From: an uncultured virus (IMG/VR IMGVR_UViG_3300036781_000633)
Lineage: Duplodnaviria; Heunggongvirae; Uroviricota; Caudoviricetes
DNA length: 64,000 nt
IMG/VR virus record: IMGVR_UViG_3300036781_000633
Strand: one strand, 5' to 3'
The number at the start of each line of letters is the position of its first letter. Within the stretch, counting starts at the first letter, position 1. This document shows, piece after piece, positions 1 to 9,990 of this stretch. The notes under the pieces were generated by a model, which was not told the DNA's origin, searched no databases, and saw only the letters and a list, made by a program, of their open reading frames with translations. The position numbers and the translations under genes were made by a program.

Positions 1-323
1 CGAACATCTACCCGATCTGGGCAGGCGGCGGAGCGACGCTTGCGACGAAACTCAATCTCTTCTGGCAGCAATTGATCAAGGCGCCGGATGTGTTCCCGGA
101 GACCAACATCAACAATCACCCGATCAGCAACTGGTGCACGCTGATCGCGGCCGTCACCGATCAGATCTCGAGCGCGCTGGTCGTATCCTTCGGTCAGTTT
201 GCCACCGCACAGCAGTACGTGTACCGAGTGTGCTACGTGGGCAATAGCCTCCACACCGCGAACCTCATCACGCTCGCGCAGACCAACGCCCTGCTGGCCG
301 CGTACAACGCCGCGTTCACCTGA
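1..323 (+). CDS. hypothetical protein, 5' truncated by the window edge
   Basis: Frame is open from position 3 (NIYPIWAGGG...) to TGA at 321-323. Confidence 0.6.
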   Translation, partial: NIYPIWAGGGATLATKLNLFWQQLIKAPDVFPETNINNHPISNWCTLIAAVTDQISSALVVSFGQFATAQQYVYRVCYVGNSLHTANLITLAQTNALLAAYNAAFT

Positions 324-896
324 TCAGCGCTTCAGGTATTGCTTCAGGAAGCGCTGGAAGTCGGGGTTGGAGAGACAGTCGGGATTCCGGGTGCGGCGGA
401 TCCGATCCATGATCTGCTCGGGGGTTGCGCGGCGGTTCAGCATCCCCAAGGCAACGCTGGCGACGAGTGCCGAGCGGTTGATCCCGGCCTGACAGGTGAC
501 CAGCACGGTCTTGCCGTTCGAGAGCGCGGTGGCGACCCACTGCCCGCCCACCAACGCATGGTCAGCTTCGAATCGTGAGAGGTTACTGTCGCGCAGGCGG
601 CAACGCAGGATCGCGCCGCGGTAGAACGGGAACTCCGGCTGGTACTCCACGGCGCAGAGCACGAGTGCTTGGAACTGCGGCAGATCGCGGTCGGTCGGCG
701 GCGCAGCTCCGACCCAGAGCCGCTTGGCGACGCAGTTCGCGTCGAGGGTCTCGAGCGCGTGGTTCGACATCTTCTTCCGCCGACGGTGAGCAGATAGCCA
801 CCCGCCGCGCTGACCGGGCGGGGCGGTCATGTGGCGCGTGCAGAACAGCGCGCCGAGCTCGCGGGGCGCACCGCAGCGCGGCGCGATACACGACAC
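324..896 (-). CDS. dual-specificity/tyrosine protein phosphatase family protein
   Basis: CX5R P-loop VLVTCQAGINRSALV; LWVG and C-terminal NPDF motifs typical of DSPs. Confidence 0.85.
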   Translation of the reverse strand: MSCIAPRCGAPRELGALFCTRHMTAPPGQRGGWLSAHRRRKKMSNHALETLDANCVAKRLWVGAAPPTDRDLPQFQALVLCAVEYQPEFPFYRGAILRCRLRDSNLSRFEADHALVGGQWVATALSNGKTVLVTCQAGINRSALVASVALGMLNRRATPEQIMDRIRRTRNPDCLSNPDFQRFLKQYLKR

Positions 897-897
897 G

Positions 898-1659
898 CTA
901 TGGCCGAATGTTCGCGGCGGTCCAGGCGATGCCCGCGTCGCCGCCGTCTGCCACCACGATGGCGCTGATATCCGCGTTGCCGATCGGTGAGGTCAGCGGA
1001 TAGCCGTGCTTGTTCCACTTGCCGTCGATCTTCCCACCGCCCTCGACGCCGACGCCTTGCCATCCCCAGAGCGTGGGTGGCTTGACATGCGGGTCCGCGC
1101 TCCACGTCCATCCGATGGAGTTGTAGATGTACGGCGGGAGGTCGGCCTCGTAGCAGGCCGTCCACAGCACACGGCATCCCATCGTGCTCGTGACCTTGTT
1201 GTCGCGCAGGTAGCTACCCGCATAGAGCATCGTGCCGCGTCCGGTGAGCCGGAAAATCTCGCCCTGGAAGGCGTGGACCCAGTCCTCGATCCGCGCGGCA
1301 CCGGGCAGCGTCGGGTTCTCGGCTTGCTCCATGTCGAGCTCGGGCCAGAGATCGCCGACTCCAAAGCCGCCCGCCTTCTCGATACGTCCGACCATCAGGT
1401 CCGCTTGCGCCACCGCGTTCTGCGACAAGATGCCGTAGTGCGTGCCGCCGCGGAACGCGTCGACGCCGTACCGCTCGCCGGCGGCCTGGGCGACGAGCGG
1501 CCAGTTCTCCACCGACCACGCGGGCGCGTAGTAGAGTCCCTCGCTGATCTTGAGCGACACGCCGCACCACGGGCGGCCGGCGGCGAAGAACTTTTGCCAC
1601 GTGGCGAGCCCGGAGTAGCCGTCGGGCGGGTACACATCGATCATCAGGCCGTCGGTCAT
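898..1659 (-). CDS. GH25-like muramidase (endolysin)
   Basis: Start re-assigned to MTDGLMIDV (ATGA-coupled to the upstream ORF); IDV, KISEG, LDME (DxE), MLY, LWTACY and WQ motifs match the GH25 pattern. Confidence 0.75.
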   Translation of the reverse strand: MTDGLMIDVYPPDGYSGLATWQKFFAAGRPWCGVSLKISEGLYYAPAWSVENWPLVAQAAGERYGVDAFRGGTHYGILSQNAVAQADLMVGRIEKAGGFGVGDLWPELDMEQAENPTLPGAARIEDWVHAFQGEIFRLTGRGTMLYAGSYLRDNKVTSTMGCRVLWTACYEADLPPYIYNSIGWTWSADPHVKPPTLWGWQGVGVEGGGKIDGKWNKHGYPLTSPIGNADISAIVVADGGDAGIAWTAANIRP

Positions 1660-1961
1660 CGTGCGACCGTCACTTTCGTATCGGCCTTCGCATGGCCCTT
1701 GATCTTTGCCTCCGCCTTGGCCTTGTCGTCGGCTTGGATCTCGAGGAGTTTCTTCTCGACCTTGTCGACCATCTCGCGGAAGTCGCCCCAGAGCGACATC
1801 GGCATGAACGCGGTCGATTCGACTTCGCGGTCCCGCTTGAACACCTTCACAAAGCAGAACGTGAGTTCGTTGTTTTTGAGGCGCCTCGAGATGCGGCACG
1901 TGATGCCGCTGACATCTGTGATGGTCGCTACTTCCTCGAATCGGCGCACTTCGTCAGGCAT
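1656..1961 (-). CDS. hypothetical protein, possibly PC4/SpoVG-like nucleic-acid binding
   Basis: 101 aa; beta-strand run followed by a helix; coupled to the lysin gene. Confidence 0.5.
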   Translation of the reverse strand: MPDEVRRFEEVATITDVSGITCRISRRLKNNELTFCFVKVFKRDREVESTAFMPMSLWGDFREMVDKVEKKLLEIQADDKAKAEAKIKGHAKADTKVTVAR

Positions 1962-2022
1962 GGGTAGAAGTCTACCCCTAGCGTGCGACAGCTGTGAACA
2001 TCCACAGATAGCGTGCCGATCC

Positions 2023-2868
2023 CTACCGACGCAGACGCTCGATCATCTTCTCGCCCACGGTATCGAGCTCGTCGCGGTTAACGGCGTCCACGTAGCCCAG
2101 CGCCGTTGTGACATTCGCCCAGGCCATGTGCGATTGCAGCTTGATAGCGGCGGCCGGGTCGCCAGCAAGCTCGCTGAGAAACATGGTCGCGTAGGTCCGT
2201 CGGAGCCGGTGCGGGTACACGTTCGGCATCGATAGATGCTTTCCGCACCGGTTCAGGTAGCGACGCACACGGTTGCCGCGCACCCGGGATGACGGGCTCG
2301 CGCTGACGAGCTCGCCGACCAGACGCCACTTCCCGTCTCGCATCGCGAGCAGCGCATCGATGGACTCGAGGATCGGCTTCGCGTTGAAGTCGAGACGCCG
2401 CGAGCCCTTCGCTTCGAAGATCAGCCGTCCGCTCTCGCGCGCGTTGCGGAGATCGCGCTTCTCGATCCGCAGCACGTCGCCGCACCGCAGCCCTCGAGCC
2501 GCCATGATCAGCACGACATGCCGACACGCCTCGTCGTCATCGCGCTCGCGCACGTGACGAACCAGGCGCGTCCAGTCGCCCTCCGCGAGTGGGATCTTCG
2601 GCGTCACGCGCCTCGGCGGCGGCAGCTTCAGATCCTTCAACTTCTTCGCGAGCTCGAGGTCCTCGGTGAAGTCGGCCCATGATGCGAGGCTCGCTCGAGC
2701 GAGTCGTCGCGTGTTCGGCGACAGCGACTTGTCGAGGAGCCGCGCGATCACGCCGCGGTCGTCATCGCGGCAGAGCTCGATGTTCGAACGGTAATGTCCG
2801 GCCGTGCCGTCGCTCCGGCCACGTTCGATCACCCACTGGGTGAACCGCTCAAGGTTCGCAGACGTCAT
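2023..2868 (-). CDS. tyrosine recombinase/integrase
   Basis: GLRCGDV (Arg I), HRLRRTYAT (HxxR) and W...TALGY (catalytic Tyr); start uncertain (2868 or slightly upstream). Confidence 0.9.
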   Translation of the reverse strand: MTSANLERFTQWVIERGRSDGTAGHYRSNIELCRDDDRGVIARLLDKSLSPNTRRLARASLASWADFTEDLELAKKLKDLKLPPPRRVTPKIPLAEGDWTRLVRHVRERDDDEACRHVVLIMAARGLRCGDVLRIEKRDLRNARESGRLIFEAKGSRRLDFNAKPILESIDALLAMRDGKWRLVGELVSASPSSRVRGNRVRRYLNRCGKHLSMPNVYPHRLRRTYATMFLSELAGDPAAAIKLQSHMAWANVTTALGYVDAVNRDELDTVGEKMIERLRR

Positions 2869-2896
2869 CTCCACGCGCCCATGATAGCCTCGAACC

Positions 2897-3742
2897 ATGA
2901 TGTCGTTGGTGTCAAACCCCGCTTGGGTGACCTCGGCCATCGCCGACTCTTTCGAGGATCTCGAGCGGAAGATCCCGGCCGAGTGGCTCCCAAAGCTGAC
3001 CGGCACCACGCGGGTCGGGCAGCGCACGATGGTCGCCTCGATGCGCGAGTATGGCTGTGGGGCGCATGGCTGCGTGCTGCCGACGCTCTCCGATGACGTC
3101 GTGCTGAAGGTCACCGATGACGAGAGCGAAGCGCAGTTCGCGATCAACCTCGCGCCTACCTTGGTCGCCCCGATCGTCGTCGAGTACTTCACGGTCGTCG
3201 CGCTGTCGGCGAAGCGCAAGGGGCAACCTCTCTATCTCCTGTGGCGCGAGTCTGCGACGAACGTCGGCGAGGTCGACGAGGTCGTCGGCATGGATGCGGA
3301 GATCGCCATCAACCGCCAGCACAAACTCGCGCAACAGGTCTACGTCGCTTTCCAGCAGCATCGACTCGATGCCGCCGCCGAGCTCGCCGAGCAGTGGGCA
3401 CAGGCCGCGCTCGAAATGGCTCGGTTCGACGCGATCAAGCCGCTCGCGCTGGGCATGGTGCAGATCTGGGAAGAGCAGTCCATCTTCTTCGGGGATCTCC
3501 ATGGCGGCAACCTGGGGATGGTCCAGCGCGACGGCGCTGACCTCTGGGTGATCACCGATCCAGGACACGTCGTCGTACTCGATGACGCCGCGACGAAGGT
3601 GATGGCTGCGCCATCGGTGGGACGGCAGCAGATCTCGGGATCGGCCGCGACGGTGCGCGGCCCGACGCGGCGCACGCATCACGGCTGGGAAGCCCCGGAG
3701 GCCGCTCGTCCGGCCACGGCGGCGACGAAGCGCCAGTATTGA
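2897..3742 (+). CDS. protein kinase-like fold enzyme
   Basis: Gly loop YGCGAHGCV, VVLKVT...E, catalytic loop GDLHGGN, DPG in place of DFG. Confidence 0.8.
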   Translation: MMSLVSNPAWVTSAIADSFEDLERKIPAEWLPKLTGTTRVGQRTMVASMREYGCGAHGCVLPTLSDDVVLKVTDDESEAQFAINLAPTLVAPIVVEYFTVVALSAKRKGQPLYLLWRESATNVGEVDEVVGMDAEIAINRQHKLAQQVYVAFQQHRLDAAAELAEQWAQAALEMARFDAIKPLALGMVQIWEEQSIFFGDLHGGNLGMVQRDGADLWVITDPGHVVVLDDAATKVMAAPSVGRQQISGSAATVRGPTRRTHHGWEAPEAARPATAATKRQY

Positions 3743-3773
3743 CTTCGCGTCCGGAGTCGTGGTGCCGTGAGGG

Positions 3774-4118
3774 ATGCGCGATGAGACCGCAATCCCGGCG
3801 CTCGACCTGATCTTGCTCACGTCGATCCGATCCATCACGGCCAAAAAGCCGTGCTTCCACGACAGCGGACACCGCGCACGCGAGCTTCGCGACCTCCGGA
3901 AGGATCCCCCCGGAGCCTTCGACACGAAGAAGTCGGTGAAGACCGCGGAGATTCTCGCAACCGCGATGAAGGTCGCGTCGCCAAGGCATCGGATCACGCT
4001 TCCGGATACGTCGCTACACGACCTGAACGACGCCCTGCAGCGACTCGAGGCGGACGGCTGGATCGCCAAGGCGAGCGGCGACGCGTATCACTACACGCAT
4101 GGCGTGGCGAAAAACTGA
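3774..4118 (+). CDS. hypothetical protein, possible winged-helix C-terminus
   Basis: C-terminal LNDALQRLEADGWI pattern. Confidence 0.5.
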   Translation: MRDETAIPALDLILLTSIRSITAKKPCFHDSGHRARELRDLRKDPPGAFDTKKSVKTAEILATAMKVASPRHRITLPDTSLHDLNDALQRLEADGWIAKASGDAYHYTHGVAKN

Positions 4119-4139
4119 ACGCGCCAGCGTAGTAGTCAC

Positions 4140-4769
4140 GTGGTCACTGGCAAGAAAGCAAAGTCGAAGCGCACGGCGGCACGTGCCTACCCGCAGATCG
4201 CTCCCACAGGCGAGCGGCCAGCACCGCCCGAGCTCAAGGCCCGCCGCAAGGACAAACTCGACGACTCGAGACAGCGCTGGCGAGAAGCCATCGCACGTAC
4301 GCGCGCGGCGCAGGCCGAAATCGACGCCCGCATCAAGGGCGTCCGCTTGGGAAAGGGACCTGGCGTGATCCGGGGCACCCCAAGAGCGCGCGCCGAGCCC
4401 GAGGAGATCGTGGACGTCATCCGCGAGCGGGGCACCCCAAGAGCGCGCGCCGAGCCCGAGGAGATCGTGGACGTCATCCGCGAGCGCGCGCCGATGGCGC
4501 CGCCAGTCGAGTACGATCGGTCGGCGATCCACCAGGAGGCAGCGCAGCAACCGCGACCGAAGATCCGGATCACGCGCCCGCCCGACGACTCCGATGGTCG
4601 CATCGGCCTGTCGAGATGCAGCCTGTGTGGGAAACCCGGCCACAACCGCAAGCGGCACACGCATGAACCGAAATGCCTCCACAACCTGCCGTGGTCGCTC
4701 TGTCGGCTCTGCCTCAGAACAGCGTCAACTGCTTCGGGTCCTTCAGTATCACTGCCCAGCGCTCCTTGA
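4140..4769 (+). CDS. basic protein with zinc knuckle and internal duplication
   Basis: CSLCGKPGHN zinc knuckle; 19-aa exact tandem repeat. Confidence 0.6.
   Translation: MVTGKKAKSKRTAARAYPQIAPTGERPAPPELKARRKDKLDDSRQRWREAIARTRAAQAEIDARIKGVRLGKGPGVIRGTPRARAEPEEIVDVIRERGTPRARAEPEEIVDVIRERAPMAPPVEYDRSAIHQEAAQQPRPKIRITRPPDDSDGRIGLSRCSLCGKPGHNRKRHTHEPKCLHNLPWSLCRLCLRTASTASGPSVSLPSAP
4371..4484 (+). repeat. perfect 57-bp tandem duplication (2 copies)
   Basis: 4371-4427 is identical to 4428-4484, encoding RGTPRARAEPEEIVDVIRE twice. Confidence 0.95.
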
Positions 4770-5070
4770 ACGTGTCGTACTCGGCTGCCGCCGCAGCTCC
4801 GCGTGAGCACTTCACCCGTACGGTCACCGGACAGCAGCATGCGTAGTACAGGCGATTGATGTCGCCTTCACGTCGACGAAGCGGGTTGATGGGGCGTCCG
4901 CACGCGACACACGGCATCTGCGCGAACATCGCCTCGTGCATCAACGGCTCGGGGACGTCCCGGAACTCGATACGGATCCTGGGGTCGTCGTGGCCGCCGT
5001 CGCGGTCGTATTTCTCGACGTGCAGATAAACGGAGAGCTTCAGCCACACTGGAATGTTGACGACGCTCAT
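4714..5070 (-). CDS. Cys-rich hypothetical protein
   Basis: MSVVNIP start; CVAC and CCC...C motifs. Confidence 0.55.
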   Translation of the reverse strand: MSVVNIPVWLKLSVYLHVEKYDRDGGHDDPRIRIEFRDVPEPLMHEAMFAQMPCVACGRPINPLRRREGDINRLYYACCCPVTVRVKCSRGAAAAAEYDTFKERWAVILKDPKQLTLF

Positions 5071-5479
5071 ACGATCAGAGGTAACACGCACCCCTGATGC
5101 TCGAGATGCGGATCCCCGTTCGGAACGCGCGCGCAAGCACAATCCGGACGCATTCCATCGTGAAGCGGTCACTGGCCAGTGAGATCTCCACCCTATTCCT
5201 AGTGTCCATAATCTTAGAGGACGCTACGGAGTCACCGTAATGGTGAGAGATCGCTCCAATGTGCGTAAACGCGCGGGAGTTTCTTGCGCGATCCGCATCT
5301 CCTGCACTACATGGGAATGACGATGTACCGATGGCCTCTTCTGTCCTGGTTCCTGATCGGCGAACTGATGGATGTGGCCGAGGCGATGGCGAGTGGCGAA
5401 TACTGGAAGGATGACCGAGGTCAGTTCGCCGAAGTCAGTGCCCACCACGCCGAACCATCCTTCTGGGAATGACCCGGAG

Positions 5480-6718
5480 ATGGCCGGTTACACCAGGGTC
5501 GGCGATGTCACGCGGTGGCTGCGCCTACGCGACCTCTCCTGTGAAACCCGCTGGCTCTGGCTCGCGCTCTTCACCGACTCGTCCCGCGTCATCCCCGGGC
5601 TCTGGCGCGGCGGCATCGGTGCGATGTCCGACCTCGCCAACTTCGATCGGCATCAGACCGTCCGCTGTCTCGATCAACTCCTCGAACACGACCTCATCGA
5701 GTACGACGCCACCCACGGCGTCCTCCGCTTGACCGAACTCCCCGATGCGTGGGAGTGGCCGATGAACGGTTCCACCCTCATCGCCTGGTGGCGGCGCTTC
5801 CTGGATGTACCCGCGTGTCCCGTACGTGATGCGCACCTGAAGCTCGTGTGGTGGCTGATCGAGACCGCGACCCGCGACAGCACGCTCCGCGCCGGCAGGA
5901 AGAACGAGATCTCCGCCGACATCCGCGAGACATGGGAGGCGACCTTCGGCCAGATCCCCATGCCGACCAAACGTCGCCAGGGCGTCAAGCGTCTGCTCGA
6001 CGAGGACACTTCGACCCCTGTCCAGCCCTCCCTTTTTGCAGCCTCTCCGGTTCCGACTCCAGTTCAACCGATCTTGTCGGCTGCCTCACCAAACACCACT
6101 GAACTGTTGGTCCGACACGGTGTCGACCACCCTGGGGAGAGGGAGAGGGACTCTTCTCCGGATCTGGGATCAGGGTCTTCTCTCTCTCCGGAGTCCGGAG
6201 AGCAAGTGCCGGACCAGATCCCAGAGCACACGCCGCCGCCGGGACCACCGCCGACACCCGTACGCGTAGCCACCGTGATCCCCATGGCGGAGTCCGAGTT
6301 CGCGATCCGCCGCAAGATGGGCGACGAGATCTGGGACAGCCTCAACGGCCGCCGTAACGCGCTCGCCATGGAGTTGGGGCTCGATCCACCGCGCGTTCTG
6401 CACGACCAACTGCCCGGACGTCGAGCGCTCGCCGAGCGCCTACGCGAGAGCGGAGACCATGCCCGTGATGACGCGGACCATGTCCTCGCGATCTGCGAGG
6501 CTGAGGCCCGCGCCAGCGGCTCGATGCAGTGGTTCGCGGGGTGCATGTTCGAACCGAAGTCGTGGGCGTTCAAGCTGGCGTTGACGCTCGCGGATGCGGT
6601 GCAAAACGGCAAGCGCGTCCGCGACCGGCAACAGAGCGCCAACGAAGTCGTCGGTGAGGTCTTCGCGGACCTCGCACGGCAGGAACAACTCGAATTGCAC
6701 CGAGGTGATACGTCATGA
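5480..6718 (+). CDS. phage replication initiator (lambda O/DnaD-like architecture)
   Basis: N-terminal wHTH-like region (LSCETRWLWLAL...CLDQLLEHDLIEYD), low-complexity linker, followed directly by a helicase-loader-like gene. Confidence 0.6.
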   Translation: MAGYTRVGDVTRWLRLRDLSCETRWLWLALFTDSSRVIPGLWRGGIGAMSDLANFDRHQTVRCLDQLLEHDLIEYDATHGVLRLTELPDAWEWPMNGSTLIAWWRRFLDVPACPVRDAHLKLVWWLIETATRDSTLRAGRKNEISADIRETWEATFGQIPMPTKRRQGVKRLLDEDTSTPVQPSLFAASPVPTPVQPILSAASPNTTELLVRHGVDHPGERERDSSPDLGSGSSLSPESGEQVPDQIPEHTPPPGPPPTPVRVATVIPMAESEFAIRRKMGDEIWDSLNGRRNALAMELGLDPPRVLHDQLPGRRALAERLRESGDHARDDADHVLAICEAEARASGSMQWFAGCMFEPKSWAFKLALTLADAVQNGKRVRDRQQSANEVVGEVFADLARQEQLELHRGDTS

Positions 6719-7308
6719 CGGCTCCCGAGACCGAGCAGATCTTCAAGCTCCTGATCCACACGTGGGCCACCCAGCGCGCGCGCATGTCGAAAGACGACCT
6801 CCGCGGCATGGCGCTCGCCTACGCCGCTGGCCTAGGAGACCTGGACTTCGCGCTCACCAAAGCGGCCGTCATCCGGCTCGCGCACACCCATGAGTGGATC
6901 CCCACCATCGCGGCGATCCGTGACGCGGTCGGCATCGTCGTGCACGGCCAGGTCATTACCGGCATGGAAGCGTGGGCGGCGGTCCACCATGCCCAGGTCA
7001 AGTACGGCAGCCACCGCACCCCTGGCGAGGACTTCAACTTCGACGATCCGATCACGAAGATCATCGTGAAGGGCATCGGCTGGCGCGAGATCTGCGCCAG
7101 CATGCGTCCGGATGCGATCCGTGACCGGTTCGTCTTCGCCTACGACCGGATCACGAAACAGGAGCGCACGGAGGCGCAGGCGTCGCCCGGCGCTGTCACA
7201 CCATCCCTGCCTCGAGCGCAGCGACACCAACTCGCCATCCACGCGAGCTCGGCCATCGCGGGCGTACTCGCGGACGTGGGTGATCGCATCGAATGGGAGG
7301 AGCCCTGA
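6715..7308 (+). CDS. replicative helicase loader/inhibitor-like protein (G39P-like)
   Basis: LGDLDF...WIPTIAAIRD and EAW...V...YG...IGWREIC pattern; overlaps the initiator stop. Confidence 0.65.
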   Translation: MTAPETEQIFKLLIHTWATQRARMSKDDLRGMALAYAAGLGDLDFALTKAAVIRLAHTHEWIPTIAAIRDAVGIVVHGQVITGMEAWAAVHHAQVKYGSHRTPGEDFNFDDPITKIIVKGIGWREICASMRPDAIRDRFVFAYDRITKQERTEAQASPGAVTPSLPRAQRHQLAIHASSAIAGVLADVGDRIEWEEP

Positions 7309-7634
7309 TGTTCGACCTCTACGAGTTCTGTCGCTACGGCGCCATCGCCATCCTCGCGTTCATGGTCGCGTGGCGGCATCCCCAACATGATCAGCACTGC
7401 CCGACGGCGTCGTACGTCAATGGCGTGCATCCGGTGGCCGAGCACGTCGGCGTCTACCAGTGCCTGCCAACCCCCGCGCTCCGCCACGAAGAGGAGACCG
7501 GACCGCACTACTACGTCCAGCCACCGCTACCAGGCGAGGACGATCCCGTCGAAGAGGGGATGATCGTCTGCACGGGTGGCCAGATCCCCATCCTCAAGAA
7601 CGAACGTACCGTCGGCTGCCAAGCAAGGCACTAG
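7308..7634 (+). CDS. small N-terminally anchored Cys-containing protein
   Basis: Hydrophobic N-terminus; GGAG RBS. Confidence 0.5.
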   Translation: MFDLYEFCRYGAIAILAFMVAWRHPQHDQHCPTASYVNGVHPVAEHVGVYQCLPTPALRHEEETGPHYYVQPPLPGEDDPVEEGMIVCTGGQIPILKNERTVGCQARH

Positions 7635-7643
7635 ACTTCCCGG

Positions 7644-8150
7644 ATGAGCGCGACGTGCGCCGCATGCATGCAGCCGATCACGCGCGAGCAGAAGTTTCTA
7701 CTCGAGGGCACGGAGTGCTTCCATCGCCGCTGCGTGCGCGGGATCGCCAACTCGCTCGCCACCCAACAGGAACAGACCATCAACGAGCTTCGCACGCGCG
7801 TGAGCCAACTCGACGCCAACGCGGCCTATCACCAGCGCCGGGCCGAGGACGCGCTGCGCGACTTCGGCGAGAGTCAGTCCAGCCTGCGAGAAATGAAGCA
7901 GACGCACAAGCGGCTCAAGACCGATCGGGACGAATGGCAGCGTGATTGCCGCAAGGCCGAGGACGAGAAGACCCGCCTCGCCAACGAGCTCGTGGAGGCA
8001 CGCGCCACGCTTGCGCGCATCCGCGCCGAGCTCGCCACCGCCCAGCAGCGCGGACTCGAGCAGGCCATGGCCGATCTCGCCGCCACGACTCCGGAGCGGA
8101 AGGAGGAAGATCCCACCGCCATCCGCTTCAGCTTGCTAGAGACCGACTGA
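7644..8150 (+). CDS. Zn-finger plus coiled-coil protein
   Basis: CAAC...HRRC then a heptad-rich helix. Confidence 0.6.
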   Translation: MSATCAACMQPITREQKFLLEGTECFHRRCVRGIANSLATQQEQTINELRTRVSQLDANAAYHQRRAEDALRDFGESQSSLREMKQTHKRLKTDRDEWQRDCRKAEDEKTRLANELVEARATLARIRAELATAQQRGLEQAMADLAATTPERKEEDPTAIRFSLLETD

Positions 8151-8188
8151 CCATGTTAACCGGGTGACTCCGAATTCCGAGGTGTACA

Positions 8189-8626
8189 TTGGCGAAGAGT
8201 GTTCGTACGCAGTTGGCGGACGCCCATCAGAGGGCGCGCGATCTTTCCAACGAGGTCCACACGCTGCAGGCAAAACTGCAGCCCTACGAGCGCCAAGTCG
8301 AGGCGCTCAAGCGACGCAACGTCGAGCTCCAGATGGAGTTGAATCGCGTCGCCGACGGGCCGATCCCGATGCTCCTGTGGTGCCCGCAGTGCCTCGAGCG
8401 TCACATCGACAAGGCGCTCGCGGACTCGCCGCATCACACGCATGCATGCCAGCACTGCGGCCACGTCTGGCGGCCGGCTATCGTTAGGACGGTTGGCGTC
8501 CAGTTCCTTCCCGGCTTCTACGATGGTACCGTTGCCAGTGGCAACCCGCGTACCCGGACGCATCCTGGAAGCGGAGAGAACATCCCGGTCACGGTGGATG
8601 GTACGGCGGTCTCGGAGCTGAAGTGA
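8189..8626 (+). CDS. coiled-coil plus Zn-ribbon phage protein
   Basis: CPQC...HHTHACQHC. Confidence 0.6.
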   Translation: MAKSVRTQLADAHQRARDLSNEVHTLQAKLQPYERQVEALKRRNVELQMELNRVADGPIPMLLWCPQCLERHIDKALADSPHHTHACQHCGHVWRPAIVRTVGVQFLPGFYDGTVASGNPRTRTHPGSGENIPVTVDGTAVSELK

Positions 8627-9138
8627 GCGACTCCGATTCCTACTGCTCGCCGCCAGAGATCGCGGACCCGCTCGAGCAGTTCGCGAACGGGCCGGTGTCG
8701 ATGGACCCGTTCTCGAATCCGTTCTCGTTGATCAAGGCTCGGCGCGCGCTGTTCGCGGGAGGTCTTCATCTGCCCTGGGGCGGCTACGAGAACGGCGACG
8801 GCGATGCCTTCGAGAACCCGCCGTACTCGAGACTGACGGTGTGTACCGATAAGGGCCTTCACGAGATGATGTCCGGAAATATCCACGAGCTCATCCGTCT
8901 GGTGACGGTGTCGACCTCCACGGAGTGGTGGAAGCGAGCGGTGACCTTTCGCAAGTACAACGTGCGGCTCCTATTCACGCGGCGGATCTCGTTCCTCTTG
9001 CCGTGCGCCGGGTCGCTGAAGAAGCGGAAGACCGCAAACGCGCGGCACGAGTCGGTGCTGATGTACTACGGCGCGAGAGCGGGTCGATTCGAGAAGTACT
9101 TCGCCCACCTGTCGCAGTGGACGAGGTGGGGACGATGA
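8623..9138 (+). CDS. phage-type DNA N6-adenine methyltransferase (Dam-like)
   Basis: NPPYS motif IV, MDPFS, STSTEWW, RISF. Confidence 0.75.
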   Translation: MSDSDSYCSPPEIADPLEQFANGPVSMDPFSNPFSLIKARRALFAGGLHLPWGGYENGDGDAFENPPYSRLTVCTDKGLHEMMSGNIHELIRLVTVSTSTEWWKRAVTFRKYNVRLLFTRRISFLLPCAGSLKKRKTANARHESVLMYYGARAGRFEKYFAHLSQWTRWGR

Positions 9139-9563
9139 GCGAGACGAGCGAGGCGAGGTGCTGTCCGCTGTCGGGTGGCGACCACGACGGCCCTGTCGCG
9201 TTCACGGAAGAGACTGTCACCGCGCGCAAGGAGCACAAGTGCTACGAGTGCCGTGGCGTTATCCCGAAGGGTGCACGCTACCTGAAGGAATCCGGGATCT
9301 GGGACGGGCGACCTGATCGATACAAGACCTGTCTTCTGTGTGCGGAGATTCGGACGCATTTTGCGTGTCAGGACGGCTGGCTCTACGGACAACTGTGGTC
9401 CGATCTCGAGGACAACTTTTTCCCGGACATGACGGCTGGTGGTCCGTGCATGGATGGACTGTCGCCCGCGGCGAAGCAATTCCTGATCGACAGGCGAATG
9501 GACTGGTACATGGACGATCAGGAGCACGATGGTGCGCCGCCACCACAGGAGCAGCATCCATGA
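9135..9563 (+). CDS. Zn-finger phage protein
   Basis: ARKEHKCYEC...KTCLLC. Confidence 0.65.
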   Translation: MSETSEARCCPLSGGDHDGPVAFTEETVTARKEHKCYECRGVIPKGARYLKESGIWDGRPDRYKTCLLCAEIRTHFACQDGWLYGQLWSDLEDNFFPDMTAGGPCMDGLSPAAKQFLIDRRMDWYMDDQEHDGAPPPQEQHP

Positions 9564-9790
9564 CCGGTGTCATGCGTCGCGCGATCATCCTTCTGGGTGA
9601 GGCGAGCGGTGGGCTCTACTCGGAGAACGTCGCGGAGAAGATGACGATGAACCAATTCCGCGCCAACGCGCTGCTATCCCAGTTGCGCGCGGTCGAGATC
9701 GTAGGCTCGATGCCGGTGGGGGACAGGGTGTGCTGGCACCTCACCGCCAAGGGCGTGGCGCTCTACCGGAAGATGGGCTTCGATGCGTAG
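9560..9790 (+). CDS. small winged-helix protein
   Basis: WHLTAKG C-terminal wing motif. Confidence 0.55.
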   Translation: MTGVMRRAIILLGEASGGLYSENVAEKMTMNQFRANALLSQLRAVEIVGSMPVGDRVCWHLTAKGVALYRKMGFDA

Positions 9791-9990
9791 CGCTCGCGCT
9801 CGGACGCCGCTACTTACCGAGCGGCAGCGCACGCAAGAGCTCGATCACGCACAGCAGCACGACCGCGACCCACAGCGGCGCCCGCCCCCAAGCGGCCACG
9901 ACCGCGCTGACGATAGCCAGGAGCGCGATGACGAGAATGACGGTCAACATGACGCGGGTACTGCTCGAACCGTGCCGATGGAGGTGAGCC

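Noticed and set aside
898..1899. 333-aa ORF as listed in the track
   Set aside because: The upstream part overlaps the 1656-1961 gene; the lysin more plausibly starts at 1659.
1960..2030. att site next to the integrase
   Set aside because: No tRNA or matching repeat found by eye, and phage-like genes continue on both sides.
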